Assembly (NCBI GenBank): GCA_037447435.1
Contig: JBBIGR010000041.1
Coordinates: 1 to 49,425 of the forward strand
Direction of reading: 5' to 3'
DNA length: 49,425 nucleotides
Source: Fibrobacteria bacterium
GTDB lineage: Bacteria > Fibrobacterota > Chitinivibrionia > Chitinivibrionales > FEN-1185
A program made the translations under genes and the position numbers. The notes beneath the pieces are model-generated. The model was not told the origin of the DNA. It was given only the letters and a program-made list of their open reading frames with translations, and searched no databases. Positions 39,357-49,424 of this stretch are shown one piece after another (within the stretch, counting starts at the first letter, position 1; every line of letters begins with the position of its first letter).

Positions 39357-40882
39357 TTATTTTCGTGCGACAAGATTATAAGAAACCGCGGCCCCGAATT
39401 CAAATCCGTTGTTTATTTGCGCCGAGGTCAATGTTAAAAAGCCCATTCCGACGTCTACGCCGAGCATACCGTCAAAAAAGGTGGCGCCCAGTCCTGAAGT
39501 TATTTTGCTGATACGAACATCGCCGTCCATATCGATACGATACGGGCTCGCGACCGTCCCGCCCGGATTTTGCGACCCAATCGCCAGGGGCTCATTGATA
39601 AACCTGAATTCATCGCCGTGATAAGCGCCGAACCTGCTGTTAAGTCGCATATTTTCATAGCCGAGCCGCACAAACAATTCAATAGACGATGGGACATTGA
39701 GTGCGGGTATGGCATGAATATTTCCCTCAATACCGCAACCAATTCTATCGTAGCCACGGCTTTGATCCGTCATTGCGGTCAGCGCTCCATAAGAAAGGGA
39801 AAAGAAATCATGTGCATATTCAAACCATGCTTTGCCCCAATTTTTAACAAACGCCGATGCGCCGAGTCCGAAAATAAAACTCCCGATGGTCCAATTCGTG
39901 TCCAATCGGGCAGAGCCAAAAGTCAATGGATAGTTTTTATCGGTCGGGGAGAATTCACGAACTTTACAATTGCTATATTCAAGGAGCAGAGCCGGCAGAT
40001 AAACTATTCCCGACGATGAAATTTTCCCCATAGTCTGCCATTTCCATGTCAGACTATCCGCTAGCAGCGCATCTTCATTTCCGTTAGGTTTCTCATTTGC
40101 AATTCCTTTTACTACATAGACAAAATTATTGGAAGCATAATTTAGGGTAAACATGCTTTGGACCGGAAAATCCGATTTTCCGAAAACCAATTCACCCCCA
40201 AAAGAAGGGACAGTGCCGTAAAAAAACCGGTCTTCACCGGTATTACCCGAAGGAACCCCAAGCGAATCTATACATCCGTTAACTCCGCCGTGAATACCGA
40301 GTCTCACAAACGGGTGAACTTGGCTGCCAAGAAATACGCCGATATCATCCACTCCCATCGCTGTCCGGGAATAATCGTTTTGGGCTGCAAAAATAGCACC
40401 GGACTGTGTTTGCGTACCGATAAACCCGTGCGCCGAAATACCGAATCTAATAATTTTAGAAGGTGCCTGGGAAGCCAAAACAAGTCCAAATCGATGCATT
40501 GGCGATACTTTTTTTGAATTTGATAAAAACTGTTCCGATTGCCAGCTCGGATTATAATTCAGCTAACGTAGAGGAGATGAGGCTTACCGAGTAAAATATC
40601 CGGTATTGCAAATTCGTCGGCCGATCTATTGGCGCTATCTGAATTATTTGCATTGTATTCGGTAAATTTTCTGTAGTCAAACCGGATTCGAACGTCCAAG
40701 CTTTCTTTTTCAAACAACCCTGCGGGTGAAGAACAGAAATCGTATTCATTATAAGTTGTGTTATCCGAAAATGTCGGAGCCCCCATACTAAGTCTGGAAA
40801 TTGTGTTTGAAGCAATTTGTCCGGTTTCCGAAACTGATGCAAATGTGGCAAACGTAAATAAAAGCAAAAACAGAATCGGCAT
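39357..40882 (-). pseudogene. Outer-membrane beta-barrel-like protein split by a single-base frameshift at about 40562 (pseudogene or assembly error)
   Basis: 5' ORF from ATG 40882 has a signal peptide and ends LLYVS*; the -1 frame continues LNYNPSWQSEQF...MHRFG to 39357; joined length about 508 aa, ending FEFGAAVSYNLVARK. Confidence 0.75.
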
Positions 40883-41097
40883 TTTCAGTTCCTTGGTTAA
40901 AAAAAGTTTCACGAACCAATCATACAAAATTCAATACTCTTTTTAAAATAATTTAAGCAATAGAATTTGCTTCATTCCGGGATAGCTTTTTTAAAAACGG
41001 GTAGTTTGTCTATCTTTTATAGATATCATATATATTTAATAGGTTTTTCTCCAATGAAATCACATGAATTCCCATCGTACGATGGAAAGGAAGCATC

Positions 41098-41973
41098 ATG
41101 CCTGTTCGAAGTATGACCGGATTTGGGCTCGCAGAGGCACGCACATCTTCCGGCCAATACAGAGTGGAAATCAGGGCGGTTAATAATCGTTTTCTTGATA
41201 TTCAGCTTCGCCAACCAAAAGCATTGTCATGCCTTGAGCAAAAAATCAAGGAGCTTATAACAGACACTATTTCCCGTGGCAGTGTTTCAGTTTTTGCGAG
41301 CTGCGATAAAGAAAATGAAAGAGGAAAACTTTCTTGGGATAAAGAATCCGTTGATGATTATATGGAAATATTCCATGATATTCAAAAGAAATACAAATTA
41401 AAAAACGAGGTCTCATTATCCGATTTGCTTCATTTTAGTGATTTTATTAAATCGGAATCAACCCAATGCGATGAAAAAACTTTATGGAAGCATTTTAAGC
41501 CCGTTCTAACCGATGCCTTGAAAAATTTTCAGCAGTCGCGCGAATCCGAGGGCAATCATATAATAAAAGATTTAAAAAAAACGCTCGATGAAATAACAAA
41601 ACTTTTAAACGGGGTCGAAACCCGGGCTCCTCAGCGCATTAAAGAATATATGAAGATATTGTCGGAACGACTTCAAAAACTTCTCAATAACCTGCCCGAC
41701 GAGCAGCGGCTTGCTATGGAAATTGCCATTATGGCCGATAAAATGGACATTTCAGAAGAATGCACCAGACTTCGTGCGCATATCGCTTCTTTCGTTAAAG
41801 ACTTCGCGAGTGACGAACCGGTTGGAAAACGAATGAATTTCGTTTTGCAGGAAATGAACCGCGAAGCAAACACCATCGGATCAAAGGCAAACGACGCGAT
41901 TATATCTCAATTATCAATTGCTCTTAAGGAAAATGTAGAAAAAATCAGAGAACAAATACAAAATATCGAATAA
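41098..41973 (+). CDS. yicC: YicC/YloC family endoribonuclease
   Basis: SMTGFG, VNNRFLD, DISEECTRL..H, QEMNREANTIGSK, REQIQNIE. Confidence 0.95.
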   Translation: MPVRSMTGFGLAEARTSSGQYRVEIRAVNNRFLDIQLRQPKALSCLEQKIKELITDTISRGSVSVFASCDKENERGKLSWDKESVDDYMEIFHDIQKKYKLKNEVSLSDLLHFSDFIKSESTQCDEKTLWKHFKPVLTDALKNFQQSRESEGNHIIKDLKKTLDEITKLLNGVETRAPQRIKEYMKILSERLQKLLNNLPDEQRLAMEIAIMADKMDISEECTRLRAHIASFVKDFASDEPVGKRMNFVLQEMNREANTIGSKANDAIISQLSIALKENVEKIREQIQNIE

Positions 41974-41992
41974 CTTTACGTAAGGAGGAACG

Positions 41993-42199
41993 ATGCTGGA
42001 ATTACAGCTCGATGAACTTGAAAAACGCGGTATCAACCGTTACAAGGCTGTTGTCATGGCGGCCCAGGAAGCTCGATTCATCAACGACCAAGCACGGCTT
42101 GGTATTATTAAACCGGAAAGTAAGCCTACGACATCCGCTTTAAAGCGGCTTTTCGAAGGCCGTGTTGTTGAGAACGAAGAAGCACAAAGTCAAGATTAG
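41993..42199 (+). CDS. rpoZ: RNA polymerase omega subunit
   Basis: NRYKAVVMAAQEARFIN, KPTTSAL; directly before coaBC; AAGGAGG RBS. Confidence 0.85.
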   Translation: MLELQLDELEKRGINRYKAVVMAAQEARFINDQARLGIIKPESKPTTSALKRLFEGRVVENEEAQSQD

Positions 42200-42214
42200 C
42201 CCGTCGGACAACCA

Positions 42215-43402
42215 ATGGATCGTGTGCGTCGCATTGTTCTTGGAATAAGCAGCGGCATTGCTGCCTATAAAATGCCGCAGCTTATTCGTCTGTTTCAAAA
42301 ACAGGATATCGAGGTTACCGCGGTTCTCTCGCCCAATTCCCGCACCCTTGTCGGCGAAGAAGCGCTCAGGGTTATTTCAAAGAATCAGGTCTATACCGAC
42401 GATATGCCGATGTCTCACGACATGGCGCATATCGAGCTTGCCAAATGGGCAGACCGTCTTCTTGTTTGTCCAGCGACCGCAAATACCATTGCAAAGCTCG
42501 CCGGCGGCATCGCCGATAATCTTTTAACCACTCTCGCATTATCGTTCGAAGGCCGTCTCATCATTGCCCCGGCGATGAATACTTTAATGTGGAAAAACAA
42601 AGCAACGCAGGATAATATCGAAAAACTTGCGAAACGCGGCGCAACGATTCTGCCGGTCGACTGCGGCGAACTTGCCTGTGGGGACAGCGGCGAAGGAAGA
42701 TTACTTGAGCTTGAAAGTATTGTTGATTTTGTCGTTGCTACGCCCATGATGCGCTCTTTGCAAGGGAAAAAAGTGCTTATATCTTCCGGTCCCACTGCGG
42801 AACCGATTGATGCCGTTCGCGTGATTACGAATCGATCTTCGGGAAAAATGGGCGCTGCGCTTGCGAAAAGTGCAATGCTGCTTGGTGCGGAGGTCGTTGT
42901 GGTAAGCGGTCCTTCCCGCTCGCCTCTTCCTTCGGGTTGCAAAATTATTCCCGTAACAACCGCATTGGAAATGAAAAAAGCTTTAGAGCAGGAATTTGAC
43001 CAATCGGATATTTGCATTATGGCTGCGGCAGTTGGCGATTTCAGACCAAAAGAAGTAATAACCGGAAAAAAACATAGAAACAACGATCCGACATTTACTA
43101 TAGAATGTATTGCAAACCCCGACATTGCGGCAAGCCTGGGCGCAAAAAAAACAAAACAATTTCTTGTGGGATTTTCTCTTGATTCGGACGTGCACGACAA
43201 CAGGGCCGTCAATAAAATGCGAGATAAGAATTGCGACATGATGGTCTCAAACGCTATCGATTCCTCCTTGGAAACCGACACGACCCGAATGACTATACTG
43301 TTAAAAACAAACGAAGTAGAATCTATTGATACTTGCAAAAAAAGCGATGCCGCATTCATTATTCTTAATCGTATAGCTCGTTGCCTGGAAAAACAGAAAT
43401 GA
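42215..43402 (+). CDS. coaBC: Bifunctional phosphopantothenoylcysteine decarboxylase/phosphopantothenate-cysteine ligase
   Basis: SGIAAYK, PATANTIAK, PAMN, LACGDSGEGRL, GPTAEPIDAVRVITNRSSGKMG. Confidence 0.96.
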   Translation: MDRVRRIVLGISSGIAAYKMPQLIRLFQKQDIEVTAVLSPNSRTLVGEEALRVISKNQVYTDDMPMSHDMAHIELAKWADRLLVCPATANTIAKLAGGIADNLLTTLALSFEGRLIIAPAMNTLMWKNKATQDNIEKLAKRGATILPVDCGELACGDSGEGRLLELESIVDFVVATPMMRSLQGKKVLISSGPTAEPIDAVRVITNRSSGKMGAALAKSAMLLGAEVVVVSGPSRSPLPSGCKIIPVTTALEMKKALEQEFDQSDICIMAAAVGDFRPKEVITGKKHRNNDPTFTIECIANPDIAASLGAKKTKQFLVGFSLDSDVHDNRAVNKMRDKNCDMMVSNAIDSSLETDTTRMTILLKTNEVESIDTCKKSDAAFIILNRIARCLEKQK

Positions 43403-44274
43403 ATGATTCATTCGGTCTTTTTGCCAAATTCCTTTCCCAGCAAAAAGAACTGGGCATGCCGGATTATATTCTCAGCGCCCCTTTTGTTTTTTCACCCACG
43501 TCTCAAACCAACGCTGTGAAATCTTCATCCGGTCCGGCGACCGATCATTCATTTACGGCAAAAAAAATTACCGACCCTCTCCGTAATAAACCCTCAGCCC
43601 TTTTACAAAAAAAAGGGCCTGTTTTGTACTCCGCTGCGCATCTGCACGGTTCGCCTGCCCCACAGGAAACAATCATGGGGAAGTCCGATACCGTTCGGGA
43701 AGAGCTCGTGGCACTTTACAATGCAAACAAAACATGCATGGCATGCGGACTCGGGGCATTGCGAAAAAATTTCGTTTTCGGAAGCGGAAATCCTCATGCC
43801 TATCTCATGGTCATCGGTGAAGCCCCGGGTGCAGATGAAGATATGCAGGGATTGCCGTTTGTCGGAAAAGCCGGCGAATTACTTACAAAAATGCTTTCAG
43901 CGATCAAACTCGACCGCAAGACGGATGTTTTCATCGCCAATGTATTAAAATGCCGGCCGCCCGATAACAGAAACCCGGAATCTTCCGAGGTTATGGCTTG
44001 CAAACACATTTTACTTTCGCAAATTTCAATCATTAAGCCTAAAATCATTCTCTTGCTCGGACGCATCGCCGCACATAATCTTTTAGACACAAACGCAAGC
44101 ATCGCCGCATTGCGGAAACAAACGCACTCGTTTCAGGGGATCCAGACTTTCGTGACATATCATCCGGCATCATTGCTTCGTAACGAAGAGTATAAGCGTC
44201 CTGCCTGGGAAGACATGCAAAAGGTTCAACGCGTATTATCGGGAGAAACGCTCGAAGCCTCAAACGATTTTTAA
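43399..44274 (+). CDS. Family 4 (Fe-S) uracil-DNA glycosylase with N-terminal extension
   Basis: CMAC, IGEAPGADED, PFVGKAG, KCRPPDNR, TYHPA; ATGA overlap with coaBC. Confidence 0.93.
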   Translation: MNDSFGLFAKFLSQQKELGMPDYILSAPFVFSPTSQTNAVKSSSGPATDHSFTAKKITDPLRNKPSALLQKKGPVLYSAAHLHGSPAPQETIMGKSDTVREELVALYNANKTCMACGLGALRKNFVFGSGNPHAYLMVIGEAPGADEDMQGLPFVGKAGELLTKMLSAIKLDRKTDVFIANVLKCRPPDNRNPESSEVMACKHILLSQISIIKPKIILLLGRIAAHNLLDTNASIAALRKQTHSFQGIQTFVTYHPASLLRNEEYKRPAWEDMQKVQRVLSGETLEASNDF

Positions 44275-44289
44275 TGTAAGTGGAGAAAC

Positions 44290-45657
44290 ATGCCAGTACG
44301 ACAAAGCGAATCATTTTCAATAGATAAGATTCCTCCCCAGGCTCTTGATGTCGAGAGAACCGTTCTGGGATCCATGCTTATCGATCAAAGCGCAGCCAAC
44401 AACGCCATGACGGTCCTGTCGGAAGATTGTTTCTACGCGACTCAAAATCAACGAATATTCAACTGCATGGCAACCATGTTCGACAGAAATGTCCCCCTCG
44501 ATATTCTGACCGTCGCAGAAGAGCTCAGGAAAAAAAATTGGTTGGAATCGGTAGGTGCCGAACCGTATCTGTCGGAACTTGTATCAAGCATTGCGACATC
44601 CGCCAACATCGAGCACCATTGCAGAATCCTTATCGAGAAAACGACTTTACGGCAGCTCATTACCGCATCGGCCGAAATCACGACCGAATGCTTTACAGCA
44701 GACAATGAACCGCAAAAGCTTCTTGACCAAGCAGAAGCGAAAATATTTGCCATATCCGAAGCGCGCATAAAAAAATCCTTTGAGTCTTTGGGCCAATTGC
44801 TTCCTAAAACGTTCGAAGAGATAGCGGGCTATTCCAAAGGCGGCGTACAAGGCGTTCCAACAGGGTTTAAAGATCTTGACGAAATGACATCCGGACTGCA
44901 AAAGGGCGATCTCGTAATTGTCGCCGGCCGACCGTCCATGGGAAAAACTGCTTTTATTCTTTCGATCGCCATGAACGCTTCGGTCATTGCAAAACACCCG
45001 ACTGCGATATTTTCTCTGGAAATGTCCAAGGCGCAGCTTGCTCAACGTATGCTTTGTGCGGAGGCAAGAATCAATATGCACCTGCTGAGAAGCGGACGAT
45101 TGCCGCAACGCGATTTTCCAAAGCTTTCGCTGGCAGCCGGGCCGCTGTCCGAATCGCCTCTTTTTATAGACGACACCCCCGGTATTACCGTCTTGGAACT
45201 TCGTGCGAAAACACGACGTTTGAAAAAGCAGAATGGCCTTAATCTCGTCATTATCGACTATTTACAGCTCATGGATTCATCAACCCATCTGGAAAACCGT
45301 CAACAGGAAATTTCACAAATAAGCCGGTCGCTCAAGGGGCTTGCCAAGGAGTTGGATGTTCCCGTCATAGCATTATCCCAGCTTTCCCGTGCGCCGGAAC
45401 AACGCGGCGGCGACCACAAACCTCAGCTGTCCGACCTGAGAGAGTCCGGTGCCATTGAACAGGACGCCGATGTGGTTATGTTCGTTTTCCGTGAAGAATT
45501 CTATAATAAAGAAGACCCTTCTAAACAGGGTTTGGCGGAAATCATCATCGGCAAACAGCGTAACGGCCCGACCGGAAGCGTAATTTTATCTTTCGTCAAG
45601 GATTATGCCCGTTTTGAAAACCTGGCATTAGACCGTGTGGAAGATTCGGGGTTTTAA
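44290..45657 (+). CDS. dnaB: Replicative DNA helicase
   Basis: AGRPSMGKT, FSLEMS, IDYLQL, LSQLSR, SDLRESGAIEQDAD, KQRNGP. Confidence 0.97.
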   Translation: MPVRQSESFSIDKIPPQALDVERTVLGSMLIDQSAANNAMTVLSEDCFYATQNQRIFNCMATMFDRNVPLDILTVAEELRKKNWLESVGAEPYLSELVSSIATSANIEHHCRILIEKTTLRQLITASAEITTECFTADNEPQKLLDQAEAKIFAISEARIKKSFESLGQLLPKTFEEIAGYSKGGVQGVPTGFKDLDEMTSGLQKGDLVIVAGRPSMGKTAFILSIAMNASVIAKHPTAIFSLEMSKAQLAQRMLCAEARINMHLLRSGRLPQRDFPKLSLAAGPLSESPLFIDDTPGITVLELRAKTRRLKKQNGLNLVIIDYLQLMDSSTHLENRQQEISQISRSLKGLAKELDVPVIALSQLSRAPEQRGGDHKPQLSDLRESGAIEQDADVVMFVFREEFYNKEDPSKQGLAEIIIGKQRNGPTGSVILSFVKDYARFENLALDRVEDSGF

Positions 45658-46454
45658 TGACCGTATTTCGTCTCGTATCGAATGTGGGGGCGAGCTTTTT
45701 CTCGCTAGTGGATATGGGGTTAGTGTTTTTAACGCATGTTACCCGTATGTGCAGGCTCTTCACCCGCATATTCGCCCGATTCCCGCTTATCGCTAAAAAT
45801 ATTTCCTTGTCATTTGAGCAAATGTACGGCATCGGAATCGAATCGCTTCCTTTGGTATCAATCATTGCCATTTTTATCGGTGCGACAACGGTTACGCAAG
45901 CCGTGTATCAATTCTCGGGTTTTATACCTCTTAAATATCTCGGTCTTGCAGTTTGCAAAACTCTGATCAATGAGATCGGACCGGTATTTACGTGTATGGT
46001 GGTCGCGGGAAGGATTTCCACGGGGATAGCCGCGGAAATCGGATCAATGAAAACCGGTGAACAACTCGATGCCATGGTTTGTCTGAACCTGGATCCGGTC
46101 AGATATTTGTACGTTCCGAAAATGGTCGCCTGCATGATAATGATTCCGATGCTGGTTATCTGGAGCGAACTTATAGCTTTCATCAGTTCAATTGTGACTG
46201 TTTTATTTTCCGTTAATGTTACATTATTTGTTTATTTATCCGGTTTGAAATTTTTATTTAACCCTGCTGATCTCATCCTTGGCGTTGTTAAAACTTCGGT
46301 ATACGGCGCAATAATAGCATTGACCGGTTGTTATTTCGGTCTCGAGACAAAAGGTGGAGCCGAAGGTGTCGGCAATTCGACGACTAAGGCGGTAATGACA
46401 TCGTTTGTTTTAATTCTTGTATTCGATTTTTTAATTGCTTCCATCGTTTGGTAA
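45657..46454 (+). CDS. mlaE: MlaE-family ABC transporter permease
   Basis: EIGPV, AGRISTGIAAEIGSMK..EQLDA, GGAEGVGNSTTKAV. Confidence 0.92.
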   Translation: MTVFRLVSNVGASFFSLVDMGLVFLTHVTRMCRLFTRIFARFPLIAKNISLSFEQMYGIGIESLPLVSIIAIFIGATTVTQAVYQFSGFIPLKYLGLAVCKTLINEIGPVFTCMVVAGRISTGIAAEIGSMKTGEQLDAMVCLNLDPVRYLYVPKMVACMIMIPMLVIWSELIAFISSIVTVLFSVNVTLFVYLSGLKFLFNPADLILGVVKTSVYGAIIALTGCYFGLETKGGAEGVGNSTTKAVMTSFVLILVFDFLIASIVW

Positions 46455-46484
46455 ATAATCCCATGACCTATTTTATAAAAAATC

Positions 46485-47849
46485 ATGCTTAGAATAGAAC
46501 ATTTAAAAAAGCGCTTCGGCAACCAGATGGTGCTCGACGACATCAACCTTGAAATCAACAAAGGCGAGGTGATGTGCATAATCGGCCAATCGGGCGGCGG
46601 AAAAAGTGTGATCCTGAAACACATAATCGGCCTCATGATACCCGACGGCGGTCGTATTCTCATCGATGGAGACGAAATCTCATCTCCTCTTAAAAGGCCA
46701 TCCGATTTTGAAAAAGTACGCACCCGAATGGGCATGCTGTTTCAAGGCGCCGCATTATTCGATTCAAAAAGCGTTGGCGAAAATATCGCCTTTCCTCTCC
46801 GTGAACACACAGCATTTAGCAACGATAAGATTGCGGAAATCGTTGCCGAAGCACTCGAAATGGTAGGGCTTCAGCGAAACTTCCAATATAAGATGCCTTC
46901 CGAATTATCGGGCGGTATGCGAAGCCGCGTCGGCCTTGCCCGTGCGCTGGTCATGAAACCGGAATTCATGTTGTACGATGAGCCGACGTCTGCGTTGGAC
47001 CCGATCATGACCGATAAAATCAATGAGTTGATGCTTTCATTGCGTGATAAACTCCGGGTTACGAGTATAGTCGTAACCCATGATATGGCATCGGCGTACA
47101 AAATAGCCGATAAAATCGCTATGATTTTTGAAGGAAAAATAATTTTCAGCGGCACGCCGGCGGAAATCAGGGCCTCGCGAAATCCCTATATTCAGCAATT
47201 CATTCGTGGACAACGCAAGTTGCATTATGCCGTCGGCGCCGAAGCAGAAGAAGAATCAAAGCTTCTCAAGCATGTTGACATAGGCGAAGTCAAGCACCGC
47301 GTGACGCTCGACAGAAAATTGCGCCGCGATAAATCCTTCGATGCGGCATCGCGCGATCCTTTAACGGGACTTATGGGATATCAGCAATTCGCCGTCGTTT
47401 TAAAAGACGAGATCGAACGCTCATTGACCGAGAACCAGCCAATGGCATTAGCACTTTTTTCTATCGACCGGCTTCAGGATTTGGGTGATTCGTTCGGGCA
47501 ACAATTCTGTGAAAGCGTTATTAAGGAATTCGGCAGGAAATTGTCAATAAGCATCCGGGGTTCCGACAGTGCCGGCCGTTTCTCGAGTGAAGAGTTTGCC
47601 CTTATTCTCGTTAAAACCGATCCGGCGCAGCTGGACAAAACAGCCGAACGCATCAGGAAACAACTGATGGGCATTACCATTAAATCACCGCAAGGCCACG
47701 ACCTTCACCCGACCTTATCCTGCGGGGTTTCGCTTTGTCAAGATCTGGCAAACACGGCAGAGACCCTTATCAAGGCCTCAAGCGATGCGTTGACTAAAGC
47801 CCGCAATCGCGGTGACAGAGTCGAAATTGCGCCGGTCATAGCCTCCTGA
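46485..47849 (+). CDS. MlaF-family ABC ATPase fused to a degenerate GGDEF domain
   Basis: GQSGGGKS, MLFQGAALFDS, LSGGM, YDEPT, VTHD; then DPLTGL...IRGSDSAGRFSSEEF...TLSCGVS...SDALTKARNRGDRV. Confidence 0.9.
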   Translation: MLRIEHLKKRFGNQMVLDDINLEINKGEVMCIIGQSGGGKSVILKHIIGLMIPDGGRILIDGDEISSPLKRPSDFEKVRTRMGMLFQGAALFDSKSVGENIAFPLREHTAFSNDKIAEIVAEALEMVGLQRNFQYKMPSELSGGMRSRVGLARALVMKPEFMLYDEPTSALDPIMTDKINELMLSLRDKLRVTSIVVTHDMASAYKIADKIAMIFEGKIIFSGTPAEIRASRNPYIQQFIRGQRKLHYAVGAEAEEESKLLKHVDIGEVKHRVTLDRKLRRDKSFDAASRDPLTGLMGYQQFAVVLKDEIERSLTENQPMALALFSIDRLQDLGDSFGQQFCESVIKEFGRKLSISIRGSDSAGRFSSEEFALILVKTDPAQLDKTAERIRKQLMGITIKSPQGHDLHPTLSCGVSLCQDLANTAETLIKASSDALTKARNRGDRVEIAPVIAS

Positions 47850-47867
47850 CCATTATCGCATTATCCT

Positions 47868-49235
47868 ATGAACAAAAAAACCTCAACCGTGTACGTTTGT
47901 AATAACTGCGGGCAAGATTTTTCAAAATGGCTCGGTCGATGCACCAATTGCGGCGCATGGGAAACCATTACCGAAATGCGCGGTGTAAAAGCAACGTCTT
48001 CTTCCCAGCCCAAAATCTCCGTCACTTCAGATGTTGTTGCTTTTTCAGAGTGCGCGGTAAATGAAAACGACAGGATTATCGGCGGCTACAAAGAAGTGGA
48101 CCGCGTTCTCGGCGGCGGCCTCATCAGCGGTGCATTTATCCTCTGCGGCGGAGACCCCGGTATAGGCAAATCAACGCTTTTATTACAATTATTAACGAAA
48201 TGGACCGCACAAGGCAAAAAAGGCTTGTACGTTTCGGGCGAAGAATCGTCAGAACAAATTTACTTACGCGGGCACAGGCTCGGCGTTTCAAATTCGTCCA
48301 TTTCAATGCTGACCGAAACCTCCGTCGAGGTGATCGTTTCAAAGCTGGAACACCTTCGTCCGGACATCGTCGTAATAGATTCAATTCAAACGATGTACAC
48401 CGAAGCTTTGGAAAGTGCGCCTGGCAGCGTTTCGCAGGTACGGGAATGTGCGTCGATGCTTCTCAGATTTGCAAAACAGAATAAAACCGCCGTCATTTTG
48501 ATCGGCCATGTTACTAAAGACGGATCCATAGCCGGCCCAAGGGTTCTCGAGCATATGGTTGACACGGTTTTATACTTTGAAGGCGATTCTCATTATCAAT
48601 ACCGGATACTGAGGGCTGTAAAAAACCGTTACGGGCCAAGCGGTGAAATCGCCATCTTATCAATGACCGACCGAGGCCTCAAAGAAGTATCCAACCCGTC
48701 GGAATTTTTCCTTCATAACCGGAATAACCCGCAAATTGGAACCGCAATAGTTCCGGTTTTAGAAGGCTCGCGCGTCCTTGTCGTCGAAGTCCAATCACTT
48801 GTCAACAAATCCCATTTTGGACTTCCCCAACGCGTCGCGTCGGGAATTAACCCGAAAAAATTGGCTCTATTACTTGCGGTTTTGGAGCGCTTCGGCGGAA
48901 TTTCCCTGGGCGAGCATGACATTTTTTTCAATATTGCCGGCGGTTTGAACGTTGGGGAACCGGCAATCGACCTCGGCATTGCCGCCTCAATTCTTTCTTC
49001 TTTTTTCAACAAACCACTCAAAAAGGAATTGGCTTTTATCGGTGAATTGGGGCTGGGCGGCGAAATTCGTACCGTCAATAACATGGAGTCGCGGCTTAAA
49101 GAACTTTCCCGCATGGGCTTCACCCAATGCGTTGTTGCGCGTCCGCAAATAAAATCTAACCTTCAAGAGCCGAACTTTGGAATCACCCTTGCTTCCTGCG
49201 GCAGAATCCATGAAATCAAGGATCATATTTTTTAG
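47868..49235 (+). CDS. radA: DNA repair protein RadA/Sms
   Basis: CNNCG...CTNCG Zn finger, GDPGIGKST, DSIQT, KNRYG, Lon-like C-terminal domain. Confidence 0.97.
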   Translation: MNKKTSTVYVCNNCGQDFSKWLGRCTNCGAWETITEMRGVKATSSSQPKISVTSDVVAFSECAVNENDRIIGGYKEVDRVLGGGLISGAFILCGGDPGIGKSTLLLQLLTKWTAQGKKGLYVSGEESSEQIYLRGHRLGVSNSSISMLTETSVEVIVSKLEHLRPDIVVIDSIQTMYTEALESAPGSVSQVRECASMLLRFAKQNKTAVILIGHVTKDGSIAGPRVLEHMVDTVLYFEGDSHYQYRILRAVKNRYGPSGEIAILSMTDRGLKEVSNPSEFFLHNRNNPQIGTAIVPVLEGSRVLVVEVQSLVNKSHFGLPQRVASGINPKKLALLLAVLERFGGISLGEHDIFFNIAGGLNVGEPAIDLGIAASILSSFFNKPLKKELAFIGELGLGGEIRTVNNMESRLKELSRMGFTQCVVARPQIKSNLQEPNFGITLASCGRIHEIKDHIF

Positions 49236-49314
49236 CGATGGCCGAAACAAACAATATGCACTCGCGAACCGGTTGTTTTTCCCTCGTTTATTGCTACATA
49301 ATCGTCGCGGATTT

Positions 49315-49424
49315 TTATTGTTCTATTCTGTCTATATTCTGCAGCTGTTCATCCTTAACGTTAAATTTTTCGCCGCATCGCGTGATTTAATGGGTAACCC
49401 CAATATATTGTGTTTTAGTATTTT
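49315..49424 (-). CDS. Possible C-terminal fragment of a gene entering from beyond the window end
   Basis: Open minus frame KILKHNILGLPIKSRDAAKKFNVKDEQLQNIDRIEQ*; too short to be sure. Confidence 0.3.

Noticed and set aside
40505..40570. Programmed or phase-variable frameshift in the split outer-membrane gene
   Set aside because: The nearby A7 run (about 40509-40515) is downstream of the frame-1 stop and cannot rescue it; the junction itself has no slippery motif.
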